Virus record (IMG/VR): IMGVR_UViG_3300045996_002278
Origin: an uncultured virus (IMG/VR IMGVR_UViG_3300045996_002278)
Lineage: Duplodnaviria > Heunggongvirae > Uroviricota > Caudoviricetes
Strand: one strand, 5' to 3'
DNA length: 64,000 nucleotides
The notes beneath the pieces are model-generated. The model was not told the origin of the DNA. It did no database searches and worked only from the letters and a program-made list of their open reading frames with translations. Positions 58,202 to 64,000 of this stretch are shown here, piece after piece (within the stretch, counting starts at the first letter, position 1; each line of letters begins with the position of its first letter). A program made the translations under genes and the position numbers.

Positions 58202-58366
58202 TTATACGAGAACGCAATGCCTATTTGAGAAGCTTCCCCTACCAGGGTTTCGAAGGCAATCCCGAAGGGTATAGGTACGTCAGTGCACCTGCCTCCTAAT
58301 ATCCGTACCCTGGATATGAATGTTCTAAGTACAAAGCTTTTTCTAAAACTTTAGTTTCCCGTATAG
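58202..58366. repeat. cis element, copy 2
   Basis: TTATACGAGAA, CAATCCCGAAGGGTA, AATATCCGTACCCTGGATAT and TTTCCCGTATAG in the same order as at 24987-25136. Confidence 0.65.
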
Positions 58367-58399
58367 GATACGCGTGCCGATACAGTGGGGCGTCAACGT

Positions 58400-58800
58400 T
58401 TCATTATGAAAAATACCCCTCCCATACCTTATAAATATTCATCCATAATGTATAATTATAAATTGAAATGTATAAATGAACCTAAGTCCTTTAAAATCAA
58501 TAAGTTATAAATGATCCTGGAATGGCATTATGCATAATGTGAATAAAAAGTAAACGAAATGTATATTTATGAATAGGATTAATGGGTTATGAAAACAGCC
58601 TATCTTAATACAAAAAAGTTACTGGCATATACATATTGAATTTCTTATATTCATTTCAAGTTAAATGATTAATAAAAATTAGTTAGTCAATAGTAATTAA
58701 AATTGTTACAAAACAAAGTATTGACAAAAAGATAATAAACGATTAAATTATTCCTAAGTTAAATGAAAGGAAAATACAAATAAGAATAAAAAGTTTGAGA
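58400..58800. other. very AT-rich non-coding island with an IHF consensus site
   Basis: Abrupt composition shift; AATCAATAAGTTA at 58495-58507 fits WATCAANNNNTTR. Confidence 0.7.
58703..58749 (+). promoter_or_regulatory. strong early sigma70-like promoter
   Basis: TTGACA-17 nt-TAAATT, AT-rich upstream region, TTGTTACAA palindrome. Confidence 0.75.
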
Positions 58801-58867
58801 AATACCGGCCGGGCGGCTCCCGGATCAACCTGGGCACCTGGTGTGCCCCCAGAACGGAGAATGACAT

Positions 58868-59119
58868 ATGGCGAAGCGTGGATACCAGTTCATGGTCGAC
58901 AGCGCCGACCTGCAGGCGGGCGTGCGCAAGGTCCCCCTGGACTACAAGCCGGAGCAGACCCAACAGCTGTACGCAACGTACTCGGTCGCGCGCCTTAACC
59001 TGTTCGCGGAGCACCGCAAGGTTATCGTGGCCCACCAGCAGATGATCCAGGATTGGGTGACGATCAAGCTGGAGGACGTGCCGACCCTCGAGCTGGCCGA
59101 GGAGCAGGAGACCGCGTAA
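58868..59119 (+). CDS. early hypothetical protein
   Basis: 83 aa; AGAACGGAGAA RBS. Confidence 0.7.
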   Translation: MAKRGYQFMVDSADLQAGVRKVPLDYKPEQTQQLYATYSVARLNLFAEHRKVIVAHQQMIQDWVTIKLEDVPTLELAEEQETA

Positions 59120-59248
59120 GCGGGGCGGGGGACCGGGCAACCGGTCCCCCAGCTTTCCTCCGCGCTGTAGGGCGCGTACGGCCCGGTGCAACTCCGGGGC
59201 GGAGGGCTGGTAGTGCAGCATGGGTTCCATCCCCAACTGGAGGTCCAG

Positions 59249-59404
59249 ATGTACCAGGTTTTCTACGGCCAGCACTGGCTCCGCTCCCGGAGCAAGACGT
59301 TCCCCACGAAGGCACTGGCCCTCAAGTTCGCCCGCCAGCGCAAGACCCCGTACGTCCGCGTGATCCGAATCCAGCGCGACGTCGTGTGGTCCCGGGGGAG
59401 CTGA
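59249..59404 (+). CDS. early basic microprotein
   Basis: GGAGGT RBS; MYQVFYGQHW..., 51 aa. Confidence 0.65.
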   Translation: MYQVFYGQHWLRSRSKTFPTKALALKFARQRKTPYVRVIRIQRDVVWSRGS

Positions 59405-59507
59405 CCCCCCAGCAGAATCCCCTGGTTCCCGGCGCACTGGAGGTTCGATTCCTCCGCCAGGGCTGCAGGCCCCGCAGTAGAACGGAGAACTTTAACTGGA
59501 GGTACAG

Positions 59508-59654
59508 ATGAGACCCCTGCTTGCCGCGGTATGCGTGCTCGTGATGGTGGGTGCAGCGATGGCCCAGATCACGAAGGCGCTGCCCCTCGAGTTCGCCGCC
59601 GTGCTCTCGGTGACGGCGTTCCTGGTGCTGATTACCAAGTGCGGGGAGGCGTAA
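59508..59654 (+). CDS. early two-TM membrane microprotein
   Basis: GGAGGT RBS; MRPLLAAVCVLVMVGAAMA...FAAVLSVTAFLVLI, 48 aa. Confidence 0.6.
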   Translation: MRPLLAAVCVLVMVGAAMAQITKALPLEFAAVLSVTAFLVLITKCGEA

Positions 59655-59795
59655 TCCCCCATGCTCAGCCCTGAGCGGTACCAGCTGCTCCTCCACCTGC
59701 TTGGAAAGGCGTGGGAGCTGAAGTCCCAGCACCTGCACAACATGACGCTAGCGATGGCGCAGGTTCACCAGCAGTAGCAAGGGAGGCTACACCAG

Positions 59796-59978
59796 ATGTT
59801 CCACACGCTTGTGGAGGCGCACCACGCCCTGAACGCGTGGCTCAGCGCCCCGAACCGCGGGGGATGCTGCGGGTGGACCTTCGGCGTCCCCAGCACCAAG
59901 GGCAGCATGGTGTACAGCTACACGATCATCTCCGGGGTCGACAAGACCATGCACGCCCCGATCCCCTGGATGCAGTGA
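59796..59978 (+). CDS. early microprotein
   Basis: GGAGG RBS, 60 aa. Confidence 0.55.
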   Translation: MFHTLVEAHHALNAWLSAPNRGGCCGWTFGVPSTKGSMVYSYTIISGVDKTMHAPIPWMQ

Positions 59979-60057
59979 ACCTGGCCCAGGTGCAGCTGGG
60001 GGTTCGACTCCCCCACCAGGTTTGGCAGGTGCAGTTCCACTCCAACAGGAGGTCCAG

Positions 60058-60183
60058 ATGAACCGCGAGTATCTCGACAAGCTGTTTTCCTGGTTTACGG
60101 GCGCGCCCCAGCTGCCGACCCTGTTCATGCTTCGGCAGCGGCGCCAGGAGTACTACCGCTCGTTCGGGCTGCGCCGGAGGTAG
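60058..60183 (+). CDS. early basic microprotein
   Basis: AGGAGGT RBS; MNREYLDKLF..., 41 aa. Confidence 0.6.
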   Translation: MNREYLDKLFSWFTGAPQLPTLFMLRQRRQEYYRSFGLRRR

Positions 60184-60222
60184 CAGCAGCTGAGGTTCCA
60201 ATCCTCGTAGGAGGTACAGCAG

Positions 60223-60420
60223 ATGACGGAGCGTGAACAACTGCTCGCCCGCGTGGCTGCGAAAAAGTTCGCCAGCCGTCTAAAGACGGAGCGCTGGGCC
60301 GAGCCGATCCCCATGGAGTGGGAGAAGCTGTCCGACGAGCAGGTACGCTATGCGATCGAGGTGCTGCCACAGTTCGGCGTGCACCGACGCCCCGACCTGA
60401 AGTGGGAGGCATCCTGGTAG
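60223..60420 (+). CDS. early microprotein
   Basis: AGGAGGT RBS, 65 aa. Confidence 0.65.
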   Translation: MTEREQLLARVAAKKFASRLKTERWAEPIPMEWEKLSDEQVRYAIEVLPQFGVHRRPDLKWEASW

Positions 60421-60522
60421 CAGCATAACCGGCCGGCCACGGGCGCACTGGAGGTTCGACTCCTCCGCCGGCCCATGCAGGTACAGCAGCACGGGTTCCA
60501 CTCCCAACTGAAGGAGCAGCGC

Positions 60523-60765
60523 ATGGCCACGCAAGTCCGCACGTTCCGGCTCTCGATTCTGCTCGAGGCCCCACTGAAGCACCTCCGCGGGTACAAGTTC
60601 GAGGCCCGACTGGTCCGCGTGATCACGACCGCGCTGAACCCCGACAAAGTGAAGGACACGTTTTTCCAGCAGACGATCGAGCAGCTCAAGATCCCGCACG
60701 AATACATATCGGGCTACGAGTGGAGGGAGATGAAGCCCGGTGAACTGGTCCCTATGAGCAGCTAA
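60523..60765 (+). CDS. early hypothetical protein
   Basis: AAGGAG RBS; MATQVRTF..., 80 aa. Confidence 0.65.
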   Translation: MATQVRTFRLSILLEAPLKHLRGYKFEARLVRVITTALNPDKVKDTFFQQTIEQLKIPHEYISGYEWREMKPGELVPMSS

Positions 60766-60905
60766 CGACAGGAGGATCTATGCGTAGGGCCGCGTAAAAA
60801 GCCGCGGCAGCTGGGAGGACGACAGGCGTCCGTGCTGGTTCGAGTCCAGCCCCCAGTGTGCAGGACAAGCAGCATGGGTTCCAACCCCAACAGGAGGTAC
60901 AGCTT

Positions 60906-61034
60906 ATGCAGGTGCCCGACCAGCTTCTCGTGCGCTGTCCCGATTGCGGCCAGCTGCACCGTCCCCTGTACATCGGTAAGCTCGTGGATCAGCTGTTCAT
61001 CCAGTGGCTCGCCGACAACAGTTCGACCAACTGA
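60906..61034 (+). CDS. early CxxC microprotein
   Basis: AGGAGGT RBS; MQVPDQLLVRCPDCGQLH, 42 aa. Confidence 0.55.
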   Translation: MQVPDQLLVRCPDCGQLHRPLYIGKLVDQLFIQWLADNSSTN

Positions 61035-61045
61035 AGGAGCAGCAC

Positions 61046-61225
61046 ATGCAAGCGTACCACTGGAAGCTCCGGCTCCAGGTGCAGGGCCGGCTGGTCGAGG
61101 AGCTGGAGATCAAGCTCGTGGCGCACAGCGAGCAGGACTCCAAGCACCTGATCGAGATGTACCTGGCACCCCAGTTCCCCATCATGAAGTGGACCCTGCT
61201 CAACATCGAACCGGAGGATAAGTAA
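61046..61225 (+). CDS. early microprotein
   Basis: AAGGAG RBS, 59 aa. Confidence 0.6.
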   Translation: MQAYHWKLRLQVQGRLVEELEIKLVAHSEQDSKHLIEMYLAPQFPIMKWTLLNIEPEDK

Positions 61226-61399
61226 ATGCGCGTACAAATCGAGGGCCGCCAGCTGATCCTCACGATTGATCTGGACAACGTGGCGGGCCACACGTCGAAC
61301 GGGAACATCTCAATCGCCAGCACCCACGGCTGGCTGAAGATCGAGGAGGGCGTCAGCTTGTCCCTCAACTTGGTCAAGAAAGTGAAGGCCAACTCATGA
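61226..61399 (+). CDS. early beta-rich microprotein
   Basis: MRVQIEGRQLILTIDL...SNGNISIASTHG...LSLN; GGAGG RBS. Confidence 0.65.
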   Translation: MRVQIEGRQLILTIDLDNVAGHTSNGNISIASTHGWLKIEEGVSLSLNLVKKVKANS

Positions 61400-61626
61400 A
61401 ATGGCAGGAGCTGAACGACGAGCTGATCGGCTGGCACGTGGACGAGGTGATCGAGTGCCTGGACGTCAAGCCGACCACCGAGCGCGCCCTGATGCTTGCT
61501 GCTCCGACAGCATATATGGACGACCAGGTTGAGCTGGAGACCGTGTGGGAGCAGCTGGAATCGGAGGTCCAGCAGGACATCATCCTCGCGCAGCGGAAGC
61601 AGATCGCGGATCTGATGGGTAAGTAG
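61396..61626 (+). CDS. early acidic protein
   Basis: ATGA overlap, 76 aa. Confidence 0.6.
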   Translation: MKWQELNDELIGWHVDEVIECLDVKPTTERALMLAAPTAYMDDQVELETVWEQLESEVQQDIILAQRKQIADLMGK

Positions 61627-62026
61627 CAGGATGGTCTGTTAAATGCGGCACAGGTTGGCCGGCCGTTCCTGGGGCACGGGGTTCGACTCCCCACCGGCCA
61701 CTCCCCACAACTGGGTGGGGAGCACAACGGAGAACCTCAGCATCAGAGGTGTGCCATGCAATACTACGAGCATGAAGGCTTGCCGGCCGCTCCATCGGTG
61801 GAAGCGTCCATTACCCAGGCCCTGCTGATCATCCAGCGCAGGATCGTGGGCAGCAGGAGGACCACGTGATCCGTCGACAGAAGGGCAAGAAGCGGCGCAT
61901 GCACGGCCTGGGACTCCGCGAAGAGGTCGAGCGCGTGATGCGCTACCAGCAATTCCTGGACCGCACCGCCAAGGAGCGCGTCGGCCAGATGGTCCGCCTC
62001 AGCGTCCCCACCAGCAAGGAGGACAG

Positions 62027-62281
62027 GTGAAGGTCGAGGTGATGTGGCACTGGCAGGTCTGTCCGGCCTCCGATGACATCTGCCACCTGCTCTACGAGCA
62101 GGAAGTGGCCGGCAAGAAGTTCGGTCTGATGATCAACCACTCGCAGAACGACCAGCTCGTAGTATTCCTGGACGGTGACTTCGGTCTCCTGCTCATTGAC
62201 GGAGAGATTGTCCAGAACCCCAGCCAGGTATTCCAACTGGCCGGCCCCGCGCTGGACGCGGTACGTGGAAGGGACGACTGA
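62027..62281 (+). CDS. early hypothetical protein
   Basis: AAGGAGG RBS, 84 aa. Confidence 0.6.
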   Translation: MKVEVMWHWQVCPASDDICHLLYEQEVAGKKFGLMINHSQNDQLVVFLDGDFGLLLIDGEIVQNPSQVFQLAGPALDAVRGRDD

Positions 62282-62386
62282 TGCCCCATCCCATAAAGGC
62301 GCTGGTATTCGCTCTTCTATACCAGCCCAAATACGAGTGGTCCGCAGCGCTGGATCACTATCTGGCCATCGTGAAGGAGCGGTAGC

Positions 62387-62638
62387 ATGTATCCCAGGTT
62401 CACGCACGAGGACATGCACCTGTTCGAGTCAGACCAGGCGCGCATCGACTACGTGGTCGCCGAGGCGGAGGCCCAGTACAAGCAGTTGACGGCCGACGCC
62501 GGACCACACGAGATCGTGATCCCCGAGGAAGATTTCCTGGAGAACCTCTGGGAGCAGACGTTCACATGGACACAGACGCTCACGCTCCGGGGTGAGCGCA
62601 TCACCGTCTACTGCCTGGCCTGGATTCGGGAGGACTGA
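62387..62638 (+). CDS. early acidic protein
   Basis: AAGGAG RBS, 83 aa. Confidence 0.65.
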   Translation: MYPRFTHEDMHLFESDQARIDYVVAEAEAQYKQLTADAGPHEIVIPEEDFLENLWEQTFTWTQTLTLRGERITVYCLAWIRED

Positions 62639-62859
62639 TGAAGGAGCGCAAGTTCCTGCTCCGCCTGGTGGTGCTCGATGAGGAGATCAAGGAGCACCCC
62701 CGCACGGAGGAGCACATGTTCAACCTCAAGGGGCCGTCCGTGTGGGCGGCCCTGGAGGCCGTTCGCCAGGCCTGGGTGCGCAACCGGGATTACTATGGGA
62801 TACGCGCCCATGAGGTACTCGAGATGCACGTGGAGGAACAGTACGATGGCACTAACTGA
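62638..62859 (+). CDS. early hypothetical protein
   Basis: TGATG coupling, 73 aa. Confidence 0.6.
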   Translation: MKERKFLLRLVVLDEEIKEHPRTEEHMFNLKGPSVWAALEAVRQAWVRNRDYYGIRAHEVLEMHVEEQYDGTN

Positions 62860-63187
62860 CGCGCAGATCAAAAAGCACATCGACTGGCATAAGTACGTCA
62901 CCACGATGGGGCCACACATCGTCGACGCGCTGCGCAGGATAGACCCCAGTCTGAGGTGCTGGTGGGAGGAGTTTCAGAACAACATCGTGGTGCAAGTGGC
63001 CATCGACAGGGACGCCTGGTTCGGGATCGACAGCGACGAGGGCAAGTGGTACGCCAGCGTCCTGGACCACAGGGAGGGCGGCTACACGGGCGGCATCGAG
63101 ACCGAGGTGCTGGCCTCCGCGCTCGACCCGTGGCTGATCGCCCAGGGCATCCACCAGGCGGCGAAGAAGCTGCAGGGGAGGGTCTGA
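62846..63187 (+). CDS. early hypothetical protein
   Basis: Start re-called at MALTDAQIKKH after GGAGG. Confidence 0.6.
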   Translation: MALTDAQIKKHIDWHKYVTTMGPHIVDALRRIDPSLRCWWEEFQNNIVVQVAIDRDAWFGIDSDEGKWYASVLDHREGGYTGGIETEVLASALDPWLIAQGIHQAAKKLQGRV

Positions 63188-63381
63188 TGGACCAGCAGGA
63201 CGACAAGCCAATCACCCTCCAGGAGCTGGCCGAAGACATCCTGGACGAGGTTAAGCACCTGGAACAGATGAACCGACCGGAGTTCAAGCTGAACACCATC
63301 GGACGCATCTACCTGTTCTGGAGCATGATGGATCGCCGGCTTAAGGAGATGGATAGACAGATCAGGCAGGAGAACTTCTGA
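63187..63381 (+). CDS. early microprotein
   Basis: TGATG coupling; MDQQDDKP. Confidence 0.6.
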   Translation: MDQQDDKPITLQELAEDILDEVKHLEQMNRPEFKLNTIGRIYLFWSMMDRRLKEMDRQIRQENF

Positions 63382-63548
63382 TGCCGATCTTCCACAAGCC
63401 GGCCCGCGTGGTGATCGAAACGGTGAGCTCCCACCAGGCTGACCGACGCCTCGCGAAGTTCTACGAGGAGCTGCTCCAGCTGTGCATTGACCGGTTTCCC
63501 GACGTGCATTTCGAGTACACCGACGACCTGAAGAAAGGAGAACAGTAG
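63381..63548 (+). CDS. early microprotein
   Basis: TGATG coupling; MPIFHKPARVV, 55 aa. Confidence 0.55.
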   Translation: MPIFHKPARVVIETVSSHQADRRLAKFYEELLQLCIDRFPDVHFEYTDDLKKGEQ

Positions 63549-63551
63549 CCT

Positions 63552-63752
63552 ATGAACCCGAAATTCCCGGAGGTCGAGGTCCAGCTCACGGGCCAGGATG
63601 GCAACGCGTTCAACATCATCGGCCGGGTATCGCGCGCCCTCAAGCAGGCCGGCATGCCGGCCGAGGCGACGGAGTTCACGAACCGAGCGTTCTCCGCGGG
63701 GAGCTACGATGAGTTGCTTCAGCTGGCCATGGAGACCGTAACGGTCCACTAG
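63552..63752 (+). CDS. conserved small phage/plasmid protein
   Basis: VQLTGQDGNAFNIIGRV..AL..AG...SYDELL pattern. Confidence 0.75.
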   Translation: MNPKFPEVEVQLTGQDGNAFNIIGRVSRALKQAGMPAEATEFTNRAFSAGSYDELLQLAMETVTVH

Positions 63753-63805
63753 CAGAAGCAGGGACCGGGACCGGCCGGCATGCAGCCTCGAGAGCTGCCC
63801 CTGCT

Positions 63806-63846
63806 TTGTAACAAGTGTTGGACTTCTGGCCAGCAGATGGTATATT
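63806..63846 (+). promoter_or_regulatory. sigma70-like promoter with TTGTAACAA palindrome
   Basis: TGGACT-16 nt-TATATT with extended -10 TG; followed by a hairpin and AGAACGGAGA. Confidence 0.6.
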
Positions 63847-63889
63847 TATACATGGGGAAAGAGACCCCATAAGAACGGAGAGCTGAACT

Positions 63890-64000
63890 ATGAGCGAGAT
63901 CCCCAGCAGCCGACTCCATGCCTATGTGCAGGAGTTCGAGCGCCTGTGGCGGTCCCGCACGCCCTCCACCAGTATCTACGACGCCCTTCCTGGAACCCGC
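63890..64000 (+). CDS. hypothetical protein, truncated by the window end
   Basis: ATG after GGAG RBS, open to the end. Confidence 0.5.
   Translation, partial: MSEIPSSRLHAYVQEFERLWRSRTPSTSIYDALPGTR

Larger units (their letters stand above)
59215..60908 (+). repeat. repeated CAGCA-hairpin(TTCCANY)-RBS leader
   Basis: Copies at ~59215, ~60030 (degenerate), ~60184, ~60484 and ~60868, each directly before GGAG and ATG. Confidence 0.8.
59149..61700 (+). repeat. six dispersed tRNA-elbow-like RNA elements
   Basis: Copies at 59149-59210, 59420-59462, 59978-60022, 60431-60473, 60811-60856 and 61656-61700; each has an outer stem, GG-containing linker and T arm. Confidence 0.85.

Noticed and set aside
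59149..61700. CRISPR array or true tRNA cluster
   Set aside because: The repeats are not sequence-identical, the intervals are variable-length ORFs with RBSs, no cas genes are present, and the elements lack anticodon arms and CCA.
1..64000. Alternative genetic code, integrase/repressor, reverse transcriptase/DGR, intein
   Set aside because: Core genes are intact under code 11 and use TAA, TAG and TGA stops. No recombinase, RT or intein motifs were recognised.

Overview
The window is part of a GC-rich tailed dsDNA phage genome of siphovirus type, with no integrase or repressor visible. Most genes lie on the minus strand and read from about 58 kb down to about 1.2 kb. The order is: packaging and head (TerS, TerL, portal, MuF-like, scaffold, P22-like capsid); tail (tube, frameshifted chaperones, tape measure, DUF2163, 1564-aa tail tip, fibres, PhoD phosphatase); lysis; replication (SNF2, SSB-like, primase, ThyX, UvrD, PolA); and a nucleotide/DNA-modification cluster. 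Small plus-strand early genes occupy 1-1.3 kb and 58.8-64 kb. Five things stand out. (1) Six minimal tRNA-elbow mimics and a second TTCCA-loop hairpin repeat punctuate the early microprotein operon. (2) A tRNA-like gene has a 58-nt structured insert in place of its anticodon loop and is followed by about 500 nt of structured non-coding sequence. (3) The modification cluster combines a C5-cytosine methyltransferase homolog with Asn->Arg at motif X (a carboxy-SAM-type signature), an Asp-type thymidylate-synthase homolog, a kinase-UDG fusion, a MazG-like enzyme and an aGPT-Pplase1-like protein. (4) A 150-170 bp cis element occurs twice. (5) PhoD sits in the tail module. All family calls come from motif recognition by eye; no database searches or folding programs were run.
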